Shown piece by piece: positions 10,128 to 20,856 of a stretch of 34,807 nucleotides of DNA (positions are counted from its first letter, which is position 1; each line of letters starts with the position of its first letter). Location of the stretch: NCBI GenBank assembly GCA_000320545.1, contig ADNK01003085.1, positions 1-34,807 on the forward strand, written 5' to 3'. Origin of the DNA: Bigelowiella natans CCMP2755. Taxonomy: Eukaryota > Protista > Cercozoa. Both the position numbers and the translations under genes were made by a program. The notes below the pieces were generated by a model. It saw only the letters and a program-made list of their open reading frames with translations, made no database searches and had not been told where the DNA came from.

Positions 10128-13100
10128 ATGTCACAGCAGCTAGAAGAACAGCAGGACTTTGGCTCGCAGGCCGTGCAAGGGCACGAGCAGAAACAGGAAA
10201 GGAAGGGCGATACGGACGCTAAGGAAGGAGGAGGAACACCTCCACAGGCACCGCCGGGACCAGCACCCGGGATTAAGAAAGCAGATGCAGCAGCAGAGGC
10301 ACTGGAGAACTTCTACGAGGCGGACGACGAGGACGTGGCCGCCGAAAGCAAGAAGGTCGTAATGGCATTACGAGCCTTGCGACCCAGGGCGAGCAACTAC
10401 GCCAAACTGAAAGTATCGATAGAATACAAGTATCAGACACATGATGTTTGGGCAGCTATCATGCAGGACATCATGGATTACGAAGCAGACTTACCTCCAG
10501 AGTGGGCAGCTTTGTTTAGGAACGACGGGGGTCTGGGCGCCTCGCGGGGGACGACCCAGAGCACCGTCAAGCAGCAGCAGCCGGTACAGCGGAACACCCA
10601 GTTCATGTCTGTTAAAACAGCACCGGTTATGATAACGAAATACAACGGGAAAAGAGGTGAGGCAAGGAGGTGGTGGAAGAACGCTAGGAGTATACTCTGC
10701 GACTTTACCCCTAACCCCACCGAAAACGACAAGCTCAAATGGCTAGCTATAATAAAGCAAGCCATGGACCTTTACGAGACAGGCAGGACCCGGATCAGGC
10801 AGCTAGAGAAAATACACACTACAGTTAGTGGGCTACGAGACGTTGAGGCGATAATGAAGGCTTTTGTAAATGAACAGGATGCTAACTCCCTACCCCAGGC
10901 TATTAGAAAATACAGAGCAATGATGCAGCATGAGAGAGAACCTGTTAGAGACTTTGCCACGCGCTTCCAGGATATGATCGACGAACTACATGATTTTAAT
11001 TACAACACAGGTGATGATCAGGCAAGGTTTGAAGAGTTCAAGTTAAAGATAAAGGAATCCACTTACGTTACGGAGAAAGGCTACACCACGATGGAGGCAG
11101 CAGTGCAGGCTATATCCCTACGCGAGCAGGAGCAGGACCGCAAGTTTACCAGCCCTAAGGTACCTGGCATAGGAAACATTAACGCTATTAAGCCGCAGCG
11201 AGACTGGTACAAGGACAGGGAAGGTAACCGACGTTGCGGATACTGCTCACGTAAAGGGAAACACACCGCTAAAGACTGCAGAGACAGGAAAGAAGGACGA
11301 CCCAGGATGACGATCAGGCAGCTCAACGAACACTACGAGAAGTTAAAGAGAAAGAAAGGCAGAGGACAAGGATATAACAACAGCAAATGGCAAGGCAGCA
11401 ACAACGGGAAGAACAATAAATATAAGAACAAAAAGCAGAACAGTATCAATGCTATACAGCAGCAGATAAACGGAATATTAGATCACCTTAAGCAGGCGCC
11501 GACGAAGACAGCAGTACCAGCAACGCAGGACCAAGACAAGCCCATGACCCTAGACGACATAAAGAACTTAGGAGTATGCAACATTAATGACGAAGACGCT
11601 AACAGGACTATCAAAGTTGCTATGACCAAGGTTAAAGTTAAAGACAGCTACGGAGACTACAAGAAACTACCTGCCCTTTGGGATAGTGGCAGCATGCCGA
11701 AGTCCTTCATAAGCCTAAGCACAGTAAGAAGGTTAGGACTATTGGATCAAGTGACTAAGAAAGAACGTAAATATGCTCAAGCAGACGGAAGCTCTTCCAT
11801 GAAGACCGTCGGTGAGCTAATGCTAAAGCTACAGATACCTGGCAGCGACGCGGAGACCCAAATCAAGACCCGAGTAGCCATGACTTTATCCATGGAACTA
11901 CTCCTCGGACAGGATGCCCTAGAAAAATTAGGGGGGATCATATCATTCTACAATCACAAGATATACTTTGCTAAGTTGCCAAAGAAGTCAGGCAGGACCA
12001 TCAGCCAGAACATGATACGGCTTGACGAGTGGACCTCTGAGTCAAGCGTTAATGCGTTAGAGTTTATGGACCTAGCGGACAACAAGCTACCTACACCTAC
12101 CGAGCTACGGAAGAAGAACCCCGGCAAGACCATCCGACAGATAACGGAGCTACTGGACAAGACCCCCCCAGCTGATGATTGGGATATCGACAAAGGCAAA
12201 AAGTACATTAATAAAATATTAAACGAGAAGTACTCTGACATCACCAAGCCGACGACGAAGCCCTCCAGCAAGCTTACCCCAGTAAAGATCGAGCTAAAGA
12301 AGGGATACGAAGAGTGCATCATCAATGACCCAGAACATAGGCGACCGGAAGCGGACTGGGAAAAGATAGAGTGGCAGATCAATGAATGGGCAAAGGAAGG
12401 GAAGATAGAGCCAAGCAACTCACCATGGAACGTGAGACATGTGCTAGCTAAGAAACCTACTTACCCTTTCTTCCGCCTGGCGCACAACTTCATCCGCCAC
12501 AACCGAGTAATAAAGAGGATCCAGACACCTACACCAAGGATAGATGACGTTATTGAACACGTCATAGGATACAAATACTACTCTTCCCTAGATAAAAATG
12601 AATCATACATGCAGACACCCATCCACAAAACCTCCCGCCCCATTACCGCGTTCTCCAGCAGGCACAGGAAGTGGCACTTCGTCGTATTCCCTTACGGCCT
12701 AAGCATATCAGGGGATGCGTTCAGTAGTCAGAACTACAGGGCATACACACATGATGGGATGGCGTCTGTGTTGTGGGTGTTTGTGTTTGTGTATGTGGAT
12801 GATGACATAATATGTACCAACACAGTCGTCGCTCAGATCTTCCTCCTGGAAAATATATTTATTAGGTTTGCACACTTCGGTTTTACTATTAGACTGCAGA
12901 AGTGTACATTCCTAGCTACAAGAATCAAGTGGTGTGGATATTACCTGGAGCAAGGCCGCATCACCCCAAACCCCGAGAAAGTAGCAGCACTACAGCAAGC
13001 CCCTAAACCTAAGAATGCAAAGGAGTTAAAGTCATTCTTGCAGACTGCAGCTTGGATACTACGTAGGTTCTCCCCTACCTACGCTAGGACTGCAGCTGCT

Positions 13101-15101
13101 TTTACTACTGCTTACCGGAAGGAGAACTCTGTAGGCCTCAGCTTCGCTAAGGTGTGGGCCAAGGCTGGCCTTGATGCCCACTTCGATAACCTAATAAAGT
13201 TATGCAGCAACACCCTATTGAATGCTAAGCTAGACACTACTAGACCAGCTACCCTATGGACAGACTGGTCTAAGCTAGGTATGGCTGCTGTACTTACCCA
13301 AGACCAGCAGATCATACGGGTGTGGGGCAGGGCCTGCACAGCAGCTGAGGCCAAGTACAGCCCTACAAAAGGAGAGTATAAAGCCATGACTGAGGCGCAG
13401 AGGAAACTAAGATACTACCTGCTGTCGGTGCCCAGCTTCACCTTAATGACTGACCACAAGCCCCTCCTAGGCATCGACCGCAAGCTCGAAGCGCCTAACG
13501 ATGAGTATGCAGCTATGAGGGCGGACACGGAAGAGTTTAGGGACAAGAGGACAGTGGTCTACGCACCAGGAGACAAGCAGCTTGCTGACTATTTCAGCAG
13601 GCTGTTCGAAAAGAAAGTCCCTACCCAGGTCACCCCTATGGTTAACGCGATTACCTTCGAGGACGGCGACTTCCTGCCTGAGCCAGAGGAGCTCCAGCAC
13701 CTTCAAGAACACCTGGATAAATACAAACACAAGCATGAGGTACTTAGTGATAGGATATATGTATACACTAATAATGTTAGGCGTACCTACGTGCCACGGC
13801 GGACCAGGGGAGCCCTTCTCTTTACCGCCCATGGACCTGCACACGTAGGAGAAAACCATATCACTGCTCTACTCTACCATTACTACTGGCCCTACAAGCT
13901 AAAAGAGATAAGGACATACCTGCGTGGCTGCAGGTGCTCCAGCTTGAAGGCGGCAGGCGTCGCCACCAAGGAGTCCAGCAAGAGCCGTGCATCTAAGAAA
14001 ATCAAAGCAAGGAACTTCTTAGATATCGTGCAAATTGATGTTTATAAGTACGATGGCTATCACTACCTTACCTTCGTTGATGTGGCCACTGGAAAGTGCT
14101 GGGTTAAAAAGATTATCAAGGTCAACGTTGCTAAGAAGAACAAAGGCTTATATAAGCAGAGGCTTACTAACTGCTACCGTACCTGGGAGTCTGAGCTCCA
14201 GGCTATCCCTGATGAAGTTAGCATAAACAAGATACCAAAGAAGTTACATGTGGATAATGAGACCTCTCTTCTACAGCTACCACACCCTAATATTGATGCC
14301 TCACCTGTATACTATGCCCAGTCCAACTCCAAGGTAGAGCGACTCCACCGCACCTTGGCCAACCTAAGCAGGATAAATAGCACCACACCAGACAAGATAC
14401 AAGGGTTAGTAAACGACACCTTCACGTCTGGGGGAGGTATCAAGGATAAGGAGAGGGAAGAAGGCGACGACAACGACGACGATACCGAGAGCGAAGACGA
14501 GAAGGTCCCGTACGATGGCCGAGTTCTAAAGGAAGGACAGTATGTTAGGGCCAAGGTAAATCTGAGATCGAGAAATAAACAAGACCCCTTCTGGGGTGGC
14601 GTTGCAAAGGTTACCGAGAGGAAGGGGAGGAAGCAGTACTACATCTATGATGGGAACAGGGTCACCTTGCGCCACATCAGTCACCTAAAGAATTATGATA
14701 TCGGTGAGAAGCTCCTAGAGGATGTTAAAGTAAACCCTACTGTGTGGGAGCGAGCAATGCCTTGTTTAGGACCCCGACCTAAGTTCGATGTGGAATATGG
14801 AAACAATAAGGTCAGGGTGAACGACGATTGGCGCATGAAGATTGTCTATCTAGGCTACCCTGGATTACGAAATATGGAGAGGGTAGCTATGAAAATAAAG
14901 GACGGAAAATATCAGCTACTCTACCTAGCTGTTCCCGACTTACCCTTTGAGCACTGGTATAAGGTCCTGGGGGACCTTGATGCAGAGGGCTGGTATGGAC
15001 ACGAACCTAAGGACGAAGGTGAGTTCTGGGTAAGCGACAAAGGAGATAAGGTTAGAGAGGAATCTATTACCTGGTGGTTGGTGAAGTTCCGAAAGCGATG
15101 A
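10128..15101 (+). CDS. Gag-Pol polyprotein (gag with Zn knuckle, aspartic protease, RT, RNase H, integrase, SH3-like module, C-terminal Dam-methyltransferase-like domain)
   Basis: CGYCSRKGKHTAKDC; ALWDSGS; SNSPWN, FPYGL, YVDD, KCTF; LWTDWS, YSPTKGE, TDHKPL, ADYFSR; H-x3-H...CRC; IDV...VDNE...QSNSKVER. Uninterrupted 1657 aa. Confidence 0.96.
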   Translation: MSQQLEEQQDFGSQAVQGHEQKQERKGDTDAKEGGGTPPQAPPGPAPGIKKADAAAEALENFYEADDEDVAAESKKVVMALRALRPRASNYAKLKVSIEYKYQTHDVWAAIMQDIMDYEADLPPEWAALFRNDGGLGASRGTTQSTVKQQQPVQRNTQFMSVKTAPVMITKYNGKRGEARRWWKNARSILCDFTPNPTENDKLKWLAIIKQAMDLYETGRTRIRQLEKIHTTVSGLRDVEAIMKAFVNEQDANSLPQAIRKYRAMMQHEREPVRDFATRFQDMIDELHDFNYNTGDDQARFEEFKLKIKESTYVTEKGYTTMEAAVQAISLREQEQDRKFTSPKVPGIGNINAIKPQRDWYKDREGNRRCGYCSRKGKHTAKDCRDRKEGRPRMTIRQLNEHYEKLKRKKGRGQGYNNSKWQGSNNGKNNKYKNKKQNSINAIQQQINGILDHLKQAPTKTAVPATQDQDKPMTLDDIKNLGVCNINDEDANRTIKVAMTKVKVKDSYGDYKKLPALWDSGSMPKSFISLSTVRRLGLLDQVTKKERKYAQADGSSSMKTVGELMLKLQIPGSDAETQIKTRVAMTLSMELLLGQDALEKLGGIISFYNHKIYFAKLPKKSGRTISQNMIRLDEWTSESSVNALEFMDLADNKLPTPTELRKKNPGKTIRQITELLDKTPPADDWDIDKGKKYINKILNEKYSDITKPTTKPSSKLTPVKIELKKGYEECIINDPEHRRPEADWEKIEWQINEWAKEGKIEPSNSPWNVRHVLAKKPTYPFFRLAHNFIRHNRVIKRIQTPTPRIDDVIEHVIGYKYYSSLDKNESYMQTPIHKTSRPITAFSSRHRKWHFVVFPYGLSISGDAFSSQNYRAYTHDGMASVLWVFVFVYVDDDIICTNTVVAQIFLLENIFIRFAHFGFTIRLQKCTFLATRIKWCGYYLEQGRITPNPEKVAALQQAPKPKNAKELKSFLQTAAWILRRFSPTYARTAAAFTTAYRKENSVGLSFAKVWAKAGLDAHFDNLIKLCSNTLLNAKLDTTRPATLWTDWSKLGMAAVLTQDQQIIRVWGRACTAAEAKYSPTKGEYKAMTEAQRKLRYYLLSVPSFTLMTDHKPLLGIDRKLEAPNDEYAAMRADTEEFRDKRTVVYAPGDKQLADYFSRLFEKKVPTQVTPMVNAITFEDGDFLPEPEELQHLQEHLDKYKHKHEVLSDRIYVYTNNVRRTYVPRRTRGALLFTAHGPAHVGENHITALLYHYYWPYKLKEIRTYLRGCRCSSLKAAGVATKESSKSRASKKIKARNFLDIVQIDVYKYDGYHYLTFVDVATGKCWVKKIIKVNVAKKNKGLYKQRLTNCYRTWESELQAIPDEVSINKIPKKLHVDNETSLLQLPHPNIDASPVYYAQSNSKVERLHRTLANLSRINSTTPDKIQGLVNDTFTSGGGIKDKEREEGDDNDDDTESEDEKVPYDGRVLKEGQYVRAKVNLRSRNKQDPFWGGVAKVTERKGRKQYYIYDGNRVTLRHISHLKNYDIGEKLLEDVKVNPTVWERAMPCLGPRPKFDVEYGNNKVRVNDDWRMKIVYLGYPGLRNMERVAMKIKDGKYQLLYLAVPDLPFEHWYKVLGDLDAEGWYGHEPKDEGEFWVSDKGDKVREESITWWLVKFRKR

Positions 15102-15144
15102 AGGTCTAAGGGAATAAGGAAGGAAGGAAGGAGCAACGTGACTT

Positions 15145-15152
15145 GGGGGAGG
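15145..15152 (+). promoter_or_regulatory. Polypurine tract
   Basis: gggggagg immediately before the 3' LTR, with a further purine-rich run at about 15108-15133. Confidence 0.8.
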
Positions 15153-15478
15153 TGTAGCGCGTACCACTACGCGGGCACAAGTCACGTGCGACAACAAAGG
15201 GGTTGTCGCGGATATAGAATATAGATAACGTAGATATTAATACAGCATAGGCACGTGGGTTCCGGCGGGACTCATGGCAGCACACCGGAAGTGTGCTGCC
15301 CCACGTGCGGCGGCATTCGCGAAAGCTTCGCGAATGATTACGCAGTGCACGATTTAATAAAAATATAATCTTTAATAAAAATAAACACAACTCTTCAAAA
15401 GGAAGCAAACGTGCCTTTCCCCCCCCCTGCCTACTTGTGCACGTAGCGCCTCGGCCTGTGAACACCTTACGCGCAACA
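15153..15478 (+). repeat. 3' LTR
   Basis: Direct repeat of 9763-10088. Confidence 0.96.
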
Positions 15479-15482
15479 ACAC

Positions 15483-15665
15483 TTGCAATGTGCGAAATGC
15501 AGTGGCTTCATCAGTGAGGACTGACTAGCAAACTAGATCTAGTGGGGTTCATGAAAATGGTGGAAACAATGAAACAATGATGAAAAACTACATTTCCAAA
15601 ATGTGGCAAGACACTTGCAGTGTGCAAAATGCAGTGCCTCGAACTGATTTCAGTGAGGACTGTGA
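15483..15665 (+). repeat. Right part of the interrupted host repeat plus a second copy in tandem
   Basis: ttgcaatgtgcgaaatgcagtg...tcagtgaggactg, followed by aacaatgatgaaaaactacatttccaaaatgtggcaagacacttgcagtgtgcaaaatgcagtg...tcagtgaggactg. Confidence 0.85.
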
Positions 15666-15942
15666 GTAGCAGATCAATTAGCTGAATTGGCAAAATGGCG
15701 GTGGATCCATCCACAGTGGCAACGTAGCCGTTTCAGTCGGACGTTACATTTTGATGGTTCCACCAAGTGTCAGTCAGCAAACAAAACTTGAAAACGCCGC
15801 CTGTTTCTGCCAAAAAAGGGATTGGGTTTGGACCTAGAAGAAGGAAAAAAGAAGGAAATTTAGGTGAAAACCCCGTAAAAAGATGCACCATTAAGATATA
15901 TTCGCACGTGCATAGGCATGACTCCAAACCCCACAAACCAAG

Positions 15943-16973
15943 ATGGCATCGCGCGTCGGCCCGGAGAGCGGGGAAGACGAGAAGCTGCGATGGGCACCCA
16001 TTGTCTTTTATGATGAATTCTCGTACGGTAAAACAACCTTATCTTCCTCCACTGGCCGCCATCTGATCATGATGATCGTGTGCGCATTCGAAAAGGACCG
16101 TGCAACATGTGCTGCTCGTTCACCAACAAGAGTTGCTACTGCTGCAAGAGCTGGCCATGTGCGATTTCCTGCTGCAATACGTGCTGCTGCTGCTGCTTCG
16201 TGGAATCTGAAGCGAGTTTATCTAAGATGCCCGTCAAGGTTATTCACGGTGTAACACAGAGGAAGATTTGACTGCTATGTGGCTACTTTTCCGAGGCGTG
16301 AATGCTTGCTGGCATGACTTTTGGTAGGCAAACGAGCTCGGCTTCTTCGGAGATAAGGGAAATGCTCCATTGCTTAGTTATGCATTTAAGCGGAAGGAGG
16401 ACGGATCGGGGTTTGAATCTGTGGAAATCTTTCGGAATGCATAGTACGTTCCAGTCCACCATAGCCTCGCGCTCTTCCTTATCCTTCTCCTCTTCTTCCT
16501 TTCACATTGTTTCTCTTCAGTGGTTGCATAGAACAGGATAACGTGTAGTCCATGCTTTTGCACGCATTTTACTAAACCACAGCCTTATGTGAATTATGGT
16601 ACATGCATGTCTATTTCCTGATATCACTAATCTCATTATTAGCGCGGTAGACCTTTATCACTCCCAGATTCCCTTCAAACTCGACTGCTGTCTCTTGCTG
16701 GAGCTTTTCACCCTTCCTTGTAGACAAGGTCCTCGGGTAGAGATGGTCTATGGGGATCCTGAAGAATGTAAAAGAGTAGGTTCGTACCTGCCCGAATCCA
16801 AAACATCTGAAAACAACCGATGTGAATCAGCACGGCAGAGAGGAAAACTCCGGACATGGAAGGACGAGTTTCAGGTTGATACTCCTACCGCTTCAAATCT
16901 TCTTGAGAAGTTTGGACCATTCCACTATGGTTGGAGGCATCAGCCATCGGTTACCGAGGTAGAGAAGCATTAA
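15943..16973 (+). CDS. Hypothetical cysteine-rich protein, multi-exon
   Basis: Segments bounded by plausible GT/AG sites read in frame: MASRVGPESGEDEKLRWAPIVFYDEFSY / GPCNMCCSFTNKSCYCCKSWPCAISCCNTCCCCCFVESEASLSKMPVK / ANELGFFGDKGNAPLLSYAFKRKEDGSGFESVEIFRNA / GCIEQDN / IPFKLDCCLLLELFTLPC...VTEVEKH*. No family recognised. Confidence 0.5.
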
Positions 16974-17814
16974 GCACGACGAGAAGACATGTGGCGTGTG
17001 TAGTGTTCAATGCACCACGTGTAGATCTAAAGTTCCACCTGCAAATCCACCTGTAAATCTACCTGTAAATCCACAAGCGCCCCTTCTCGCTTCGGGCGAT
17101 TTAACTTTTTGCCTTGAACTATTTTCGAAGCTACACGAAGTCGAGCATGGCATGACATGCACAAAGTTGCTTGGTTTAGGAGCACAAAATTTGACTAGAT
17201 GTTTCATTGCATGATGTTTCACAAGTTTTGTGTGTGAATTGCACAACTGTGAGCGGCCGCAATGTACATTTTGCAACTGATGGCAATGTTCTGCTGTAGC
17301 TGCAGATGGATGGTTGACATGAACCGCCAATTTGCTGAACACTGTGCAACAAATTGCATCTGGCGTTTCTGTGCCTCAACGAGATTTGAGCATGGAGAAC
17401 GAGCAAGTGTGCAGACTGATGTTTCGAATGTCACGCGCACACGACAAATCACATTGACCAAATGCTTGCAGCGCCTGCAGTCTCATCCCACAACCACGGT
17501 CACTGCGACATTGTCTCTGGGTTGTGCACAATTCGAAGATCACGATTGGCACGCTCTAGTGCTGGTCGAGACAGACACGGTGCGCAGCACACGGCACCTC
17601 ACGCGATCGTGAATGGTCCACGCATGACTTGTTGTGTGGACACGTGCGTGCTGTTGCTCTGGTGCTGTCACCGTTGGACAGACACTGCACACAACCCGCC
17701 TTGCAGCACTGAGAAGTTGGGCCCGCCTCAAGCAAACCAGCAACGGGTCTGAGCGACGAAACAAAAATTGAACAAAAGAATTGATTCTGATGGAGCGGTT
17801 GAAGATGTCATTTT

Positions 17815-17945
17815 GTGAACAATGAACAATGAACAATGAACAATGTTGAACTGGGCAATGAGAACAATGAGAACAATGATGAGAAACCACATTTCCAAAG
17901 TGTGACAAGACACTTGCAATGTGCGAAATGCAGTGCCTCGAGTGC
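17815..17945 (+). repeat. Third, uninterrupted copy of the (aacaatg)n host repeat, giving the empty-site sequence
   Basis: gtgtgacaagACACttgcaatgtgcgaaatgcagtg equals the LTR flanks joined across one TSD. Confidence 0.88.
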
Positions 17946-18817
17946 TGGCTTCACAGATTTGCTTCCTCATCAGGCCACAACGGCAGACTTCCAGACTCCA
18001 TCAGCTGAGGGCATTTCAACCTTGTAAATTAAATAAATCTAGTAGTTAGTGGGTGCTCGTTTGCGATGGATTTCATCGGTGGAAAAACAAGCGGATTTCC
18101 ACTGAGCGACAATGGTTTTGAGCTTATTTTATTTAGAAACAGTTCTAATTTACTAGTTTATCTCCCCATCCAACTGACAAGCGTTTCGGGTCGGAAGCGA
18201 GTCAGCGAGCGGGCCGGCAGCTCCGACCCAAAGGTGGAAATCAATGCGGAACAAGGGCAGCGACGGTGACCGTGGCTCGCTTCCCAGGAGGGTGGAGGGG
18301 AAAGAGCCTCGCCATTTTGAGCGGGTGAATCACGCACTTGTCTTCACATTTTCGCTTTGGCCCCCAATAGTATGTGTGGATGAATGATGATATTGCAGGC
18401 CCTGCGAACTCAGAGGCATGTAGTGGAATCCATCATAAACACGCGAAGAGATTCAGCGATCTTACCCAAGATCTACACAGTGCCAGGTCTTTTGTGAAAC
18501 AACAACATTGCCGGACTTGTCGCGATGATGCTCATTCCCATTCTCTCATCAGAGTCGGTGCGGGACGTTCGATACGTGTACGCGGGAAGTGCCATATTCC
18601 TACTCGTATTCACTTTCTTGACGAGTCTGATAATAATGACGAGTAATGTCAATAAATCCTCCTAATGATGCAGGCACTTAACCTTAAATCTTCGCATCTG
18701 AATACTTCCCTCACTTATTCAGCGGATCAGATGACACCCGGGTATATGGATGCAGGTAATAATGAGGATTCGAAAATTGGTTGTTTGGGGGGAGAAAGGG
18801 GATGAATTTCCGATCCA

Positions 18818-19279
18818 TGTTTACTCGACTTTGCTTGGTACAAGCTCGCCCTACAAACTTTCTCTTGCTTTCTCTACTAATGTTTCCTTCATTTATAGTC
18901 GGGACACAAGTCCTGTCTTGTAATGCTTCTGACGTATCGTACACCTACTTATCAGGAGGCGCCATATCAAGGGGGGCATTTTTTGTAGTGACCATTTTTT
19001 CGAACGAAATGCGACGATGATTCTGCATTCCCGCATTGACCTCGTTTTTGCATCTGGACGTTAGGTTGTGGAAGATTCGCTCTTCTTCCTACTGTTGCAA
19101 TACATCGCTCCAACGCAAATGGGATCTTCTCGGGTGGGGTTGTGATATAGAGAATTGCCGAATGTTAGATTGCTATTGGGGGGAAATGAATAATTTGCAT
19201 ATTATACACACGCACGCACGCACGCACGCACACGCATGCAAGCAAAATAAATTTTAAAATATTGGGGGAGGGGGGGGGG

Positions 19280-19321
<42 letters not shown>

Positions 19322-19603
19322 ATAATATCACACTCGAAATCAGCATTGATAAGATGCAATATTCGCCCCTGCATGGTTGGCCATGCATATCTAGATGACG
19401 GCTTGGATCTACGGACTGCTGCTTGCAGAAGGTGCTCCGTTGTCTACCAAATGGAAATGCATGCGGGCCGAAGGCACAGCAGGATATATTCATCATCCCT
19501 TATTTTGGCCCAACTGATAAAGCTGATCTTTCACGAAGCACGATGTCTATCAGGAATCTTCAAGTTTTTTTCGCACTGGGACGCAACAGAGTAGCCGAGA
19601 AAA

Positions 19604-19655
<52 letters not shown>

Positions 19656-20817
19656 TGTGTGTGTGTGTGTGTTATATGTATATATTTGCATCAGATTTGT
19701 GCATATTTTGTGCGCGATAACCGCAAAAGTCATTTCTTTGAAACTTCTGTGGTTCAGCAATGATCATTCCCCATCTTTGTCCCAGGAGCACGGAGGAAGT
19801 TCGGATGTTTGCGACGGTCATGCTCGCCATGTCCTACGGGATCTCGCATATAGGCCTCCCAGGCAAGATCTAACAGCCCATGCAAGGGATAGATGAGGGG
19901 ATCGAGAAGGCACCCCCGATAAGATGAAACTAAGTCACCACTTAGCCTCCTTCTCCTCCTCCTCCTCCTCGTCGTCGTCGTCGTCTCCCCAGTTTACAGC
20001 TTTTACAAGGCGGGGAAAATCAAGGCGAAAAGCTTCGTTTTTTGGGTACAAAAGGCAGCGTTTCTAGCAGCGATCTCGTGCAGCTTCTTTCATTTGGCTG
20101 ACCACTGTCTTGGTAAGACCGGAAGGCTGTGGGCAGGACGTGCTAACCCCTTTTTTTCTGCATCATTCTCAGCTCGGGATCGTCCCCGTGGCAGGATTGA
20201 CTTTCATAGCAATCCTGCTCTACCCGTACCGCCCCAGGGTATTCGATTGTCCTCCCCGATTAAGATTACGCTGTAGAGCCCTGTTCTCCGATTTGCATTG
20301 GACAAAGCATGCTCTTATTCCTCACGCTTCGCGTATTCAGGAATACAGGGCCATCAGCCTGCTTATCGGGATTTACGGTCTATTCATCAACGTCATCCTG
20401 CTCGCAGTTTTAGTGCCGTGGTAATGACGTATCTTCGATAACTAACTAGTGTGCGCCATCTTGATGAATAGGAGCATGAAGGCTGTCCCCCCCCCCCCCC
20501 CCCACTTCTTTCCCACCCTTATGCTGCATCGCCCCTGCATCGATCTCCCTTCCCTCCACCCACCGCACATCATCCTTTTCAGGGCGAAGACAGACGGGTT
20601 CGGCTACGTGTTATTGGTGGCAGGGACGTCGCATTCTGGTAGTAATCATGAGGGGAAATAGAGATATTATGCTGGTTCCTCATCTTGGCGTAGCTGAGGG
20701 CGCGTCTGTAGATATTACTTTGTTTTGCCGCCTTGGTTGAGGGACCCTGTGTTGATGTGTTGTTCTTTGCCATCGTAGATATGTTTATATATTTCACACA
20801 CACACACACACACACAC

Positions 20818-20856
<39 letters not shown>

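Larger units (their letters stand above)
9763..15478 (+). mobile_element. Full-length Ty3/Gypsy-type LTR retrotransposon with a 4-bp target-site duplication (ACAC at 9759-9762 and 15479-15482)
   Basis: Two 326-bp LTRs, identical by eye, with TG...CA ends. Putative PBS, PPT, and domain order gag-PR-RT-RH-IN. Confidence 0.96.

Noticed and set aside
17815-17880. (aacaatg)n as telomeric or CRISPR-like repeats
   Set aside because: Only a few units, internal, with no spacers. They are part of a dispersed repeat.
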